NCBI RefSeq assembly: GCF_947568905.1
Contig: NC_079164.1
Span: forward strand, 3,472,001 to 3,536,000
Length of the DNA: 64,000 nt
Reading direction: 5' to 3'
Source: Ostrea edulis
Taxonomy: Eukaryota
Part shown: piece by piece, positions 48,449 through 62,325 of the stretch
Position numbering within the stretch: position 1 is the first letter of the stretch
How the letters are laid out: every line of letters begins with the position of its first letter
Notes under the pieces: generated by a model
What the model was told of the DNA's origin: nothing
Database searches by the model: none
Seen by the model: the letters and a program-made list of their open reading frames with translations, nothing else
Program-made: the position numbers and the translations under genes

Positions 48449-50902
48449 GTATATACTCATCAAGAACTGCTAACATCACAACTAAAGCATGTATATACTC
48501 TTCATGAAGCGCTAACATCACAACTAAAGCCCTCATGTATATACTCATCATGAGGCGCTAACATCACAACTAAAGCCCTCATGTATATACTCTTCATGAA
48601 GCGCTAACGTCACAACTAAAGCCCTCATGTATATACTCTTCAAGAAGCTCTAACATCACAACTAAAGCCCTCATGTATATACTCTTCATGAAGCGCTAAC
48701 ATCACAACTAAAGCCCTCATGTATATACTCTTCATGAAGCGCTAACGTCACAACTAAAGCCCTCATGTATATACTCTTCATGAAGCGCTAACGTCACAAC
48801 TAAAGCATGTATATACTCTTCATGAAGCGCTAACATCACAACTAAAGCCCTCATGTATATACTCTTCAAGAAGCTCTAACATCACAACTAAAGCCCTCAT
48901 GTATATACTCTTCATGAAGTGTTAACATCACAACTAAAGCCCTCATGTATATACTCTTCATGAAGCGCTAACATCACAACTAAAGCCCTCATGTATATAC
49001 TCTTCAAGAAGCTCTAACATCACAACTAAAGCATGTATATAATCTTCATGAAGCGCTAACATCACAACTAAAGCCCTCATGTATATACTCTTCAAGAAGC
49101 TCTAACATCACAACTAAAGCATGTATATAATCTTCATGAAGCGCTAACATCACAACTAAAGCATGTATATACTCATCATGAAGCGCTAACATCACAACTA
49201 AAGCCCTCATGTATATACTCATCATGAGGCGCTAACATCACAACTAAAGCCCTCATGTATATACTCTTCATGAAGCGCTAACGTCACAACTAAAGCCCTC
49301 ATGTATATACTCTTCAAGAAGCTCTAACATCACAACTAAAGCCCTCATGTATATACTCTTCATGAAGCGCTAACATCACAACTAAAGCATGTATATACTC
49401 ATCATGAAGCGCTAACATCACAACTAAAGCCCTCATGTATATACTCTTCATGAAGCGCTAACGTCACAACTAAAGCCCTCATGTATATACTCTTCATGAA
49501 GCGCTAACGTCACAACTAAAGCATGTATATACTCTTCATGAAGCGCTAACATCACAACTAAAGCCCTCATGTATATACTCTTCAAGAAGCTCTAACATCA
49601 CAACTAAAGCCCTCATGTATATACTCTTCATGAAGTGTTAACATCACAACTAAAGCCCTCATGTATATACTCTTCATGAAGCGCTAACATCACAACTAAA
49701 GCCCTCATGTATATACTCTTCAAGAAGCTCTAACATCACAACTAAAGCATGTATATAATCTTCATGAAGCGCTAACATCACAACTAAAGCCCTCATGTAT
49801 ATACTCTTCAAGAAGCTCTAACATCACAACTAAAGCATGTATATAATCTTCATGAAGCGCTAACATCACAACTAAAGCAGGTATATACTCTTCAAGAAGC
49901 TCTAACATCACAACTAAAGCATGTATATACTCATCATGAGGCGCTAACATCACAACTAAAGCATGTATATAATCTTCATGAAGCGCTAACATCACAACTA
50001 AAGCAGGTATATACTCTTCATGAAGCGCTAACATCACAACTAAAGCCCTCATGTATATACTCATCATGAGGCGCTAACATCACAACTAAAGCCCTCATGT
50101 ATATACTCTTCAAGAAGCTCTAACATCACAACTAAAGCATGTATATAATCTTCATGAAGCGCTAACATCACAACTAAAGCAGGTATATACTCTTCATGAA
50201 GGGCTAACATCACAACTAAAGCATGTATATACTCATCATGAGGCGCTAACATCACAACTAAAGCCCTCATGTATATAATCTTCATGAAGCGCTAACATCA
50301 CAACTAAAGCATGTATATACTCATCATGAAGCGCTAACATCACAACTAAAGCCCTCATGTATATACTCTTCATGAAGCTCTAACGTCACAACTAAAGCCC
50401 TCATGTATATACTCTTCATGAGGCGCTAACGTCACAACTAAAGCATGTATATACTCTTCATGAAGCGCTAACATCACAACTAAAGCATGTATATACTCTT
50501 CATGAAGCGCTAACATCACAACTAAAGCCCTCATGTATATACTCTTCATGAAGCGCTAACATCACAACTAAAGCATGTATATACTCTTCATGAAGCGCTA
50601 ACATCACAACTAAAGCCCTCATGTATATACTCTTCATGAAGTGCTAACATCACAACTAAAGCCCTCATGTATATACTCTTCATGAAGCGCTAACATCACA
50701 ACTAAAGCCCTCATGTATATACTCATCATGAAGCGCTAACATCACAACTAAAGCCCTCATGTATATACTCTTCATGAAGTGTTAACATCACAACTAAAGC
50801 CCTCATGTATATACTCTTCATGAAGCTCTAACGTCACAACTAAAGCCCTCATGTATATACTCTTCATGAGGCGCTAACATCACAACTAAAGCTCTCATGT
50901 AT
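48449..50902. repeat. 46/42-bp tandem satellite, about 54 copies
   Basis: Unit gtatatactcttcatgaagcgctaacatcacaactaaagccctcat; the short variant lacks cctc. Confidence 0.97.
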
Positions 50903-51294
50903 CTTCAAAAATGAAATTTATTTCATAAACAGCACATTGACGATAACGTTGAGTTGAAGAGCATAATAATAAAGTTAACGACAAAACATTACAGATGCCC
51001 TTCTCATATGATACTATCGTTTTAGGATTCCATGTATATAACCTATTAATAATATGAAATAAATCACGGCAAACTAGATTGACAGCTGTTTCTATAAATG
51101 TACCTGCTCATTTAAATTTCAGATAACTCTAATTCATTTGGAGAAAAAACACGTCATGTGAAACATAACCCGTCCAGATGTTAGTTCCGACCAGGATTTT
51201 GTTTATCATTATTTCAATACACATTAAAGACGATAATCTTAATGTGAGTCATGATCGGATTAGTTCGCTGTGTTGTAGGAAGTCCTTACCTGAG

Positions 51295-51302
51295 TGACGT
51301 CA
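51295..51302. promoter_or_regulatory. Canonical CRE site upstream of the FABP start codon
   Basis: tgacgtca about 100 bp before the ATG; function not shown. Confidence 0.3.
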
Positions 51303-51402
51303 CAGAACAGGACGGAGTGCCCCCTCACATCGTCATTATCGGCGTTACACCTGTACTAACACCGTCACTAATTCTGTGTTTAGGATTCCTTCTTGTTGTG
51401 TG

Positions 51403-51929
51403 ATGGACGTGACCGGAATAGAGAACACAATCGCCGGAGTCTGGGCACTACACAGGAATGAGAATCTGGACGGGTACCTCAAAGAATGCGGTAAGAACTC
51501 AGATTCATTTTAACACCTGTATTACTTTACCGTGAAAGTGGAGGAGTTTTAATTAGATATAAAATTATTTGGTTTATAGTCGTTACTCCTCAAGGCCCCT
51601 GGTTCGTTGATATTTTAAATTTCGAGGTACACATCTTCATCTTAATTTGGATGCTAATCAAAAATTTTAATGGGTATTTAAAACCAGTTTCATTGTAGTA
51701 CATGGAATAGAGTTTATAATTGATCGTGTGACTTCTGAGAATTCATTATGACTATGTTGTCCTGTTTGTGGCAGGAAACCGATGGTACATACTAGGAACC
51801 CTAAGTATAAAGCATTGTAAATCCCAAACACTCATTCAATTATTAATCAGACGGTGTAATTTGTGCGTTGAAATATACAGTGTATTTTCATTTGACAATG
51901 CTTCAATGGAAAAAAAAAAAGGTGGTACG

Positions 51930-51979
<50 letters not shown>

Positions 51980-53673
51980 TCATTATATAGTTTGTAAAAA
52001 GTTGTAAAAAGAAAAAAGAATTCAGTAATAGATACAGTAAATACCTCCAATAATAAAAGTCAAGAAACACAAAACTCGAATAACATTTCTCTATCATGTT
52101 ATTAAATGTTATTCGAGTTTTGTNNNNNNNNNNNNNNNNNNNNNNNNNNNNNNNNNNNNNNNNNNNNNNNNNNNNNNNNNNNNNNNNNNNNNNNNNNNNN
52201 NNNNNNNNNNNNNNNNNNNNNNNNNNNNNNNNNNNNNNNNNNNNNNNNNNNNNNNNNNNNNNNNNNNNNNNNNNNNNNNNNNATAGATATATGACTTCTT
52301 CCTTTTATTTTCACAATATTTCATTAAGTGTGGATAGATATTTTTGTGATGCAAGGTTACACAAATTATCTAATGCACTGACATAGTTTCTTAACGTTTT
52401 ATCTACTAGGAGTGAATTTCATCCTCCGTAAGCTTGCCCAGGCGGCCTGTCTCTGCATCACAATGGTCATTACCGTGGAAGACGGGCAGCTGAGAATACA
52501 AAACAAAGGACCAAAGCACACGGACCACAAAGCTCCCCTGGGGACCGAAATCCACATCACAGACCTGATGCATAATCCCATGAAGGTGGGGAGAGTTTAA
52601 ATCTTCAGACTGAAGAATGCAGAATAACCCAACAATAAAATAAACAAAAATAGTAATGTATTGATGTCATGCAGGCCTCCATAATGTCAGCACGGAGTAT
52701 GGTGTGTTGCTTTTTGGGTTGTTTTTTTTTGTTTTGTTTTTTTTTTGTTGTTTTTTTTTTTTTTTTTTTTTTTTTTTTGGTTTTGGACATTCAAACGCAC
52801 TGTGTACTACGTACGGTATAATCGTTGACGGAAAGTTTAGAAAAAAAGTATTAAGTATTGTGTTGATATTTTTTATACCAAAAAATGATTTATTTTGTGA
52901 ATTTATCTGTCAATATATGCACAATTAGAACTGATCAATCAGAATTAAAGTTTGACTATTCATCAGCATATATGTATAATGTACAGGACATTGTGCAAAA
53001 TAATTCAAAATGATTTATATCATTTCGTAGTTTCAATGTAATTAATGTATTCGTCATACCTTCTCTCGTCAAAAATTTTGCATTAAAAGGCAGACCTATA
53101 CTAAACTGCACGGTTGGTGATTAGACACGCTACGGGCCGCCTTGTTGTTTTATGAATACAAATCCCAATGCACTTCGTGAACTTTAAATTTTGAAAGACG
53201 TGCTTTGAATTTACAGGAAGTTCACACATGGTCGGACAATCAGCTGATCACAATCTCGGTACCAACACAGGGGTCCAAAGCACTTCCAACAAAGGTCGTC
53301 AGAGAACTTGTCGACGGTCATTTAGTGATGGTAAACAGAATTCTGTCATTCATCATGATAAAAACACTGCGACAGTTGTACACCTCTCTTAATTAATTTA
53401 CATTAGTTTTCCTCATATCGATTATCGTTCATTTTTTATCATTAGAAAATGGATTCATTTGTTTGTATTGAATGTTAAGTTTAAACAAGACTTTCTGTGC
53501 GCAGCAGTTTTGAAATTCAGGATGTAAACAGAAGTACGCGCCTGATACGGACAACGACTATTTTGTATTTAGTCGTGCATTTTTTTTCCATTCTTATTAA
53601 TTTCGTCCTCTTTTTCCAGACTCTTTTAGTAAATGATGTTACCTGCAAAATGTTCTACAAGCGGAAGTGCTGA
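51403..53673 (+). CDS. FABP: Fatty acid/retinoid-binding (iLBP/FABP family) protein, 4 exons, 143 aa
   Basis: Exons 51403-51490, 52410-52585, 53217-53330 and 53620-53673 (phases 1,0,0). AGVWALHRNENLDGYLKECGVNFILRKLA fits the GxW...ENxDxYL...G signature; VVRELVDGHLVM; classical four-exon layout. Confidence 0.88.
51932..51978. repeat. (TA)n microsatellite
   Basis: Direct reading; another lies at about 62282-62323. Confidence 0.95.
52124..52282. other. Assembly gap in FABP intron 1
   Basis: Run of N. Confidence 1.
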
Positions 53674-54607
53674 TGGCGAGTTCCCGGATAACCACGTGCC
53701 AAATTCTCAATAGTTGACTCTCCTTAGTCAGGCCCGGGGTGGAAGATGTCCGTTGTCACAGTCCACAGACATATACAAATACTACTGACGTTGAATCGTG
53801 GTGTCATGATATGTTATCACCGTGATGCCTATTTATGTTGGTTGTTCAAAACATGAAGTTTAAAAACAAAAACATCTCTGCACTTTATGTACACTCGTTT
53901 ATCTCATTTAATAGGACATCAGTATTACTTATGTTAGATGTGTGCAGTGCAGAAATGTGAACTCTGACAGTAGTAGTATATCTCAATGATTGTTATTTAT
54001 TTATATTGTTATAATTAATTACGAGTTAAATTGCACATGCCCCCAAGGGCCCTTAATTGGTGAATAAACATATTATCGTATATCTGCATGTGTGAATGTA
54101 TAAATTGTTATATTTGTTATAGAAATAAAGAGAACATGCCGCCATAGCATTATTCTAAAATGAAATCTTTCTAATCAACCTGGCCTCAAGACCATAAACT
54201 GAAATCAGACTATAAAAGTCAACATTTTGATTACTTATTTATAAGCTTAACAGGTATTTACCACAGATATTTAAAGAAACTGCTAGTTTATGGGGGGGGG
54301 GGGGGATACATGCATATATATACATTGGAAATTTTATTTGTTTATCATTTCAGAAAGTTATTTGAATTCGAAATTTAAACTTAGAAATGTAAGTCTATTC
54401 TCAGTATTTGGTCTGGAGGCCCGGATGTTTTTAATGGCGGAATGCTCATTCAAATTCATAGAGCATCCTTCTGATTTATTATTACAAAATTAGGATAGTT
54501 AGATCTATTTGGATTTAAATTGTCACCCTTTCTATCCAGATACATATACTTTAAAACAATACACCAAGCATCTTGCTAATCAAATAAATGAGACAATTGT
54601 ATTGTAA

Positions 54608-54761
54608 CATGCATGCACTGTTAAATAGGTATATTCTCATATCATGCATGGAATGTTAAATAGGTATATTCTCATACCATGCATGCACTGTTAAAAATGT
54701 ATATTCCCATACCATGCATGAACTGTTAAATAGGTATATTCTCATACTATGCATACACTGC
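54608..54761. repeat. 35-bp tandem repeat, about 4.4 copies
   Basis: catgcatgcactgttaaataggtatattctcatat at 54608, 54643, 54678 and 54713. Confidence 0.9.
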
Positions 54762-55526
54762 TTGATTCAGCAAACTTTGATATCATGTCGTGATAATTCG
54801 TTAGGTGATATTTTGGTGTATGACACACATTTTCCGATTTAATCGGATACGGTGATCTGGCCAAATTTCAGAGCATTCGTAAGGATACCGTCATTATTGG
54901 GGGGGGGGGGTCGACCTCCCCCCCCCCCCCCCCCTGCATAAAACATTGGAAGAGGATGCATATTGTTGTTTATCCCTACAGCACTTGTCGTCTCATCGAT
55001 AGTAATCGTAGAGTCAAATATAGGACCGTATGCACCAATTTCAGTGGAAGCCAACGAGAAAATGGAAAGGGGATATATTCTCAATTTAAGCAAGAATTCC
55101 TGATTAAAACTTTCATATCTTCCTTACTACCCAGATGGTGGACATTGTGCAGCGCACGTGGGATTACTTTTGAACGGCATTTGGAAAGTTGATATTTTTA
55201 TTTGTTTATTTTTTAGTTCCAGATTTTGAATCCGCGCACAACACAGTAAACCTCGTGGGTACGCATCAAAGAAATTCTAAATCGAATTCATGGGTATTCA
55301 CCACTCATGTCTTTCGTTATCCTATTTCAAAAGTTTTGTACCGAAAAATTCCTGGGGTTCATATCAAAAGTACACTTTCACAACTCTCAGGGACGCAATT
55401 TATTTTTATCTTTAAACAATTCGCAGGCAGGAATCTCAACTGCCTGTTCACACTCATCTGAAAGTTATCGTTCCGAAATCCAGCCACCATTTGTGTGTAA
55501 AACTTTAAAATGAACTCCAATATCAT

Positions 55527-56215
55527 TACGCAGAGCCAAATCAACATCAACTCAAATAATCAAAGATATTTTTTTAATTATTTGAAGATATCATCAATTT
55601 AATTATTGCTCTCGTCAATTGAATTAATGAAGGATTTAATTCAATTATTGCTCTCATTAATTGAATTAATGCACGCAATAATTGATTTTATGCGCGCATT
55701 TTAAAATCCGATTATTGCTCTCATCAATTCAGTTAATGTGCGCATCAATGTGGTGAAAATATTGCTAGCAAAAAATTAACTTAGAGCTCGGTAAAAATTA
55801 TTTGATAATTTTTTTTATTCCATCGAAGAATTGAAGATATCTTTAATAATTTACAACGCTTTTGTATAAGGAATTAATGTGCGCATCAATTCTTTCAATG
55901 AGAGCAACAATTTAATTAAAGAGATCATTAATTCAATTATGGATATTTTTAATTAAAGATACCTTTAATTACATTGTTGCTCTCTCTCTCTACAAGAATT
56001 ATTGCGCTCTTCAAATGATTTAATGATCTCATTTATTCAATGAAAGAGAGCAATACATCAAATCACTGCTCTCTTCAATTGATTTGTAGTGCGACTCAAT
56101 TCATTTTATGAAAGCAACATTTGAATTGTTGCGCGCATTAAATGAATAGATGATATCTTCAAATGATTAAAGATATCTTCAATTATTTGAGTTTATGTTA
56201 ATTTGGCGCTCCAAA
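55527..56215. mobile_element. MITE with TIRs of about 45 bp and internal (aattattgctctc)-like repeats
   Basis: Left gcagagccaaatcaacatcaactcaaataatcaaagatat versus reverse complement of the right end, ggagcgccaaattaacataaactcaaataattgaagatat. Confidence 0.75.
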
Positions 56216-56375
56216 GCAATTTACATCAATATCTAATTTTAAACAAGATGTCAAACGCTAAATACTGCATATAACGGACTTGTCTCCATGCCCTGATGGT
56301 GATATTCAGTTCCTACAATTCATCATATAAACTTTCTTGATAGGATTGTAAGTTTTGTCTATTTACCGGTCAATT

Positions 56376-56600
56376 GGGATCCGATCGTAAGAGGCGACTA
56401 AATGGGGCGGTCCTTCGGATAAGACCGCAAAAACAAAGACCCCGTGTCGCAAGTATGGTGTAAGAAAGATCCCTCCCTGCTCAATGTCTGTAAGCGCCAA
56501 ACATAGGTCTAAATTTTGCAGACCTTCACCGACATTGGAGACATCTCCACATGAGTGAAACATTCTCGGGCGGGACATTAAACGATATGTGCAACCAATC
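56376..56600 (+). mobile_element. SINE-like repeat, second copy
   Basis: Homologous to 22-503. Confidence 0.7.
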
Positions 56601-57794
56601 AGCTGTTCATTGTACTAACTACATGTATGTAGTTATATGTTTGTATGATGTGTCATAGAAAGTCTCAAGGAAGTGTGGTGTAATGCATAAATTGAGCTAC
56701 AATATTATTACATATTACTGTATAGTCATTAATTTTATTAATCTCATTATCAATATAATTATTATGACCCTCCTGTATAGGCTATGGCCAGATTACGATC
56801 AGAATGAAGCGAAAGTTAAGGAATACCACGAGGACCGCGCATAGTATTTATACCTGTCTGTACAGGTGTAACTGTCACGTGTGTGCGCCACGATTTACAC
56901 GCACGACACGAGAATCGTCGGGATCCGCCTTCAGGTAGAATTCATCATTAGGACGGGGGGGGGGGATGAGTTGTCAATCTAGGTTTAAATAAATACGTAA
57001 AACTTGTAATCAAACAAGCGACAATTTCACGGAAAGGTGTGGTGGGGTAGGTCTAAAGGCCGGAATCGGGCCGAAATGGAGGTAATGGTACTAAAAAAAA
57101 GTACCTATATCTCCGCTAATACTCATAATATTTTTATTCGATAAAAAATCCTATAATCTACGGGGCAACACCTTTCAGAATATATTTAACAATTTTAAAA
57201 TCTAAGATAACAACTAATAGAAATCCCTGCCGGAATGAGCAGTGATCGAAAAAACATTCCGTAATAGAATAGTGGGTATCAAATATTTTATCATAAATCC
57301 TGTTATAGTTGATATTTTTTTATTCGGTAAAATTTCCCATAAAGCATAGGGCAAGACCATTTAGAAAATATAAAAAGAGTTGCATTTAATTGCTGGAAAG
57401 TGTTTGAAAATCCTGCCGGAATGAGAAAATATGGGGAGAAAATGGAGAGGTCAAATGGGAGTCGTTGTTTTATAAAATCATATATCTAAAAACTTATTGC
57501 ATGTTGATTTATTCGGATAACTTTCCCACAATCTACAAGGCAAGATCGTTTAAAACATGTAAAGTTTTTAGAATTCTGTGCATGTTTAGTATGTGAAAAT
57601 CCTGCCGGAATGAGCGGAGATCGTCAAAATTTCATGCCCAAATCGGCGATCGATCGAGTCAATGTTTTTAAAGAAAGAACTGATATGCCGATAGGTGTGA
57701 AAAATGCATTATGTCTAATGAGAAGACACTTCCGGATAATGGAGATAAACTGAATAATTAAATCTTAAAAGTGAGTTAGAATTTACCCAAGGGT

Positions 57795-59608
57795 GTCTCA
57801 AATGTTACCGAATTGTGTAATTTGTATTGTTGGAATCACTTGAAACGGGATTTTAAGTTTTGGTTGCAAAAGAATGGTGCTCAGAGCAATGAAATATCAG
57901 TGTAGGTTTATTTCAGGTGTTACAGAGTGATGGGAATAACGTGGAAGAAGTTATTAATGATATTACTGGAAAATGGTCACAATCAGCTGTGAATTATTTT
58001 AATACATGTTTAAAAACTGACATTTTAGAACATGCAGCAAAGTAATCCAACAATTCCCAGCCTTTATAATCCCTTATCACTAACAATTCCCAGCCTTTAT
58101 AATCCCTTATCACTAACAATTCCCAGGCCTTTATAATCCCTTATCACTAACAATTCCCAGCCTTTATAATCCCTTATCACTAACAATTCCCAGGCCTTTA
58201 TAATCCCTTATCACTAACAATTCCCAGCCTTTATAATCCCTTATCACTAACAATTCCCAGCCTTTATAATCCCTTATCACTAACAATTCCCAGCCTTTAT
58301 AATCCTTTATCACTAACAATTCCCAACCTTTATAATCCCTTATCACTAACAATTCCCAGGCCTTTATAATCCCTTATCACTAACAATTCCCAGGCCTTTA
58401 TAATCCCTTATCACTAACAATTCCCAGGCCTTTATTATCCCTTATCACTAACAATTCCCAGGCCTTTATAATCCCTTATCACTAACAATTCCCAGGCCTT
58501 TATAATCCCTTATCACTAACAATTCCCAGGCCTTTATTATCCCTTATCACTAACAATGCATCAGAAAGTCTAAACAATGGTTTGAAATTACATGTAAACG
58601 GTAAAGAACTTCCAGTAGATGCCTTGGGGCTAAGTTTACAATTACTGCAGTACAGATATTTTTTACAATATTCAATGTGGAATGGCGGGTATTGGTCAGT
58701 ACCAATTATTAGATATTTTTCCTTGTATACAGATACCAAAAGATTAAGGGTCAGACTCAATGTCCGGCTACGGGAACCTGTTATCATATTTTGGCAGCGC
58801 GAATCAAAATTGGGGACAATATTACAGAGACAAAGAAAATTGTTAATCTTAAACAACTGTCAAAAAATAATTTGAAACATAATGATAAAAAATCAGGGAG
58901 AAAAAAAAACGCGACCAAACGATTATGACAAAGATGTCATACCAGCTCTTCAGATGACAAATCTTGCTCCAATTTTCGACATTAAATCAAATTCATGGAA
59001 ATGTAATAAGCAATTTCAAACTACTTCACCGCCATCAGTGCAAATACATCACACGGGTAGGGATCATTGGGTTCTATCTTTGGAGTCTAAAGACAACGAG
59101 GGTTGTATATTTGGATAGCTTAAGTAATATGAAAAACCACACTGCTAATACACCAGCACTTGAAATTCAGTTGTCACTAATTTACGGGAGGGCTAAAACG
59201 TCTATTCATATAAAGTTTTTTTTTAGATATTCAACAGCAAGAAATGGTAACGACTGTGGTTTATTTGCCATTGCAAAAGTGGAATTTTGTTATAATGAGA
59301 ATTTTTTTGAAAGCAAAACATATTTCAAAACCGAGTGTTTAAGGGAACATCTAATTCAGTGTATAGAAAACGGTCATTTTACCAGATTTTCACAAAATAA
59401 TAATTTTGTTTCTAATGACACTTTAAAACATAAAATTGTTAAAATTCAATGTTGGTGTCCATGTGGTTTTCCGGATTGGGTGGATGCAATGGTAGGGTGT
59501 GATTTTAAAGTGGGGAGAAAATGTTGTGATGCTTGGAAGCGTTCAAAGTGTGCAAATGTTTCACCAGATTGTAATGAATGGTTGTGTACTGAACATTATC
59601 GTGAATAA
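57795..59608 (+). pseudogene. Decayed MULE transposase-SWIM-Ulp1-like-PHD fusion
   Basis: Fragments in shifting frames: LYCWNH, KWSQSAVNYF, ITNNASESLN, CPATGTCYHILAA, KKSGRKK, IHHTGRDHWVL, YLDSL, NGNDCGLFAIA, CPCG...VGCD...C..W...C...W.C. Confidence 0.8.
58049..58557. repeat. 29/30-bp minisatellite, about 17 copies, inside the MULE transposase
   Basis: Unit cccttatcactaacaattccca(g)gcctttataat. Confidence 0.95.
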
Positions 59609-60800
59609 AAATCAAATTTAAATACTATGTTGAGTTTTTTATTATAATTTTATCATTGTTTTAATTACAGAAGAGTAAGTCCACTTCACGGTTATGAATT
59701 TCACACCTCGTAATTAGGTCAACACCTGTTGCTGAATACTGATTCTCCGATTTCGACATGAAAATGTGCCTATTTTATCCGTTCCGGCATGATTTTCAAT
59801 GCTAAAAACCATATTTATTTGAAAAGGTCTTGCCCCGTAGATTTTGGGAAATTTATCCGAATAAGACAATATAAATTGTTTTACGAGATATTACAGATTA
59901 TACCATACATACTCCTTCACGACGCCTCCATATTTTCACAACATTTACTCATTCCGGCAGGATTTTCATGGATTAGAAATCATCTAAATGCCATGAATTT
60001 GTTTTGTTCTGAAAGTATTTGCCCCATAGATTGTGGGAAAGTTTACCGAATAAGAATATATTTATTTAGATATTTTAGGAGATACTGGGGAAACACTAAG
60101 TTTTTACAACCTTCGTTCATTCCGGCAGGATTTTCATAGTCTTACCAATAATAAAATGTTAATATCTTATCGAATTCTGAAAGGTGTTGCCCCATAGATT
60201 ATGGGATTTTTTACCGAATAAAAATACGATGATTATTAGCGGAGATATAGGTACTTTTTTGAGTACCACTACCTCCATTCCGGCCCGATTCTGGCCTTTA
60301 GTCTTGCCCGGTGTGGTGTCTTTCATAATTAATCAAAAGCAGCAATTAATCATTTCCATTTTTTTCTTTTCTCTTTATATGAATCACAAACAGTAAAAAC
60401 ATTTTAGTTGAATTATTGGATCTGTAAAAAATATTACACAATTTGATTTACTTATTCAAACGTAAGTGTTTTCATGAAAAACCTTATTTTCCAAATATGA
60501 ACATGCTATCTGGGAAGTTTTAGAGTTACATCAGAACAAAATAAAAAAATAAAAATTAAAAAAAACCGGGAGGGGGCACGAAGAAACTAAGCTATGCGAT
60601 TTATGTCCGCGGGTTAATTTAAAACAATAACCCTTTATCTAGATGAAAACGATGGGTACGTTGTGTGGTGTAACGTTTTAAAGAATATGGTTCATAAAGG
60701 CGAGATATTGCAGAGAAACGATTGTGCCAGGGTCTTCTAAATGAAAGGGTGAAGATACTTCACATTTCACACCAGTACTAACAACAAATCGTAACCAAGT

Positions 60801-60843
<43 letters not shown>

Positions 60844-61295
60844 CACTAAAGTTATAAAGGCATAGATTCAAATCCTTATTAACTTCATATCACAATATTC
60901 AAATACACGTTAATTGTAAATAGTGTTTGGATGTGATATTTGTATGATGTTATTGAAAAGAATTTTGTGTGTGTATATTAATAACTTTTTTATAAATTAT
61001 CCAAAACATTTTAATTAACAAGGTATATTGAACCATTTTTTTTTTTTCGGTATAAGAATTGAGAAAAACGTCATCAGACACAGGATAAAGACGCAACGTT
61101 AAATCTTTGCACTCGCAAAACATGCCAACTTTGCTATTTCGTATCACAAAAAATATACGTAATACATGGATATAATTAATATATATAGAAAGTACACACC
61201 CTATATAGTACTAGGGCAATGAATTACCAACTTCTGAAAATAGGCCAAAATTGACCCTTAGTGTACCTTCTCCTTTCAATTCAAAAGACGTACAA

Positions 61296-61455
61296 NNNNN
61301 NNNNNNNNNNNNNNNNNNNNNNNNNNNNNNNNNNNNNNNNNNNNNNNNNNNNNNNNNNNNNNNNNNNNNNNNNNNNNNNNNNNNNNNNNNNNNNNNNNNN
61401 NNNNNNNNNNNNNNNNNNNNNNNNNNNNNNNNNNNNNNNNNNNNNNNNNNNNNNN
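61296..61455. other. Assembly gap
   Basis: Run of N. Confidence 1.
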
Positions 61456-61867
61456 TAATTTATCATGTTCGATTGATTCAGGCATAATCATGTTATTCGC
61501 TCCGCAGTTTATTCCGTAATAACTCTTACTAAAGGAAAAATAAATCTTACACTTTATCGCATAGTGAATAACATGATTATGCCTTGATTCACAAAACAAA
61601 TTCACCGTGGCATAAAATGTAAATCTATAAATTAAAACTCATTTATTGAGAAACTTCACAATTGCCTGATAAACTACACATCCTTCTCTGTGACCAGTCA
61701 CATTACAACAGGACTGAGGTCTTCATGTAAGGTGTCATATTTCTGCTAAATTTGATGAATAATGTGGTGTAGCGAATCAACGAATACACAGTATACACAT
61801 CGGGATCGGAGTCTGTATTGCATTGCAAACACGTGTTTCTACTTTCACTTTGACCGATATCGCAACA

Positions 61868-62278
61868 ATGACGACCGTTGATGCAAAGAATCAGAAAATG
61901 GACCAGGAATATCCTAACACCAGGACTTTTGTTGTTGACAAAACTGACTTTAATTTCAGTTTCGAACCAACTCTGGAAGAGATGTAAACTTATATTATTC
62001 ATCCACGTGAAGAGATCTCTATTTAGTCTGTTTATATCTGTCTGTAGATTGTAAAACGATTCTCCGTTTTGTTTCAACTTTCAGACGACAAATGCAGGCT
62101 ACATTTAGTAGGGACAGAGACTGGGACCAATTCCACAAGCCCAGAAACCTGCTCCTGACCTTGGTGGGGGAGGTCGGCGAGTTGGCGGAAATCTTGTGAG
62201 TAGGATACAATATTAACTATTTGTCTATATTTTACTACAGACGTTTGATGGATAGTAAATTATTAAAACAAAGTTTAA

Positions 62279-62325
<47 letters not shown>

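Larger units (their letters stand above)
57045..60309 (+). mobile_element. Mutator-like element with modular TIRs of about 600 bp
   Basis: 9-bp TSD ggtgtggtg at 57036-57044 and 60310-60318. Ends gggtaggtctaaaggcc / ggcctttagtcttgccc. TIRs 57045-57655 and 59740-60309 each carry three aaatcctgccggaatgag-type subrepeats. Confidence 0.9.

Noticed and set aside
49762-50285. ORFs with ALVVMLALHE repeats
   Set aside because: They are translations of the 42/46-bp satellite.
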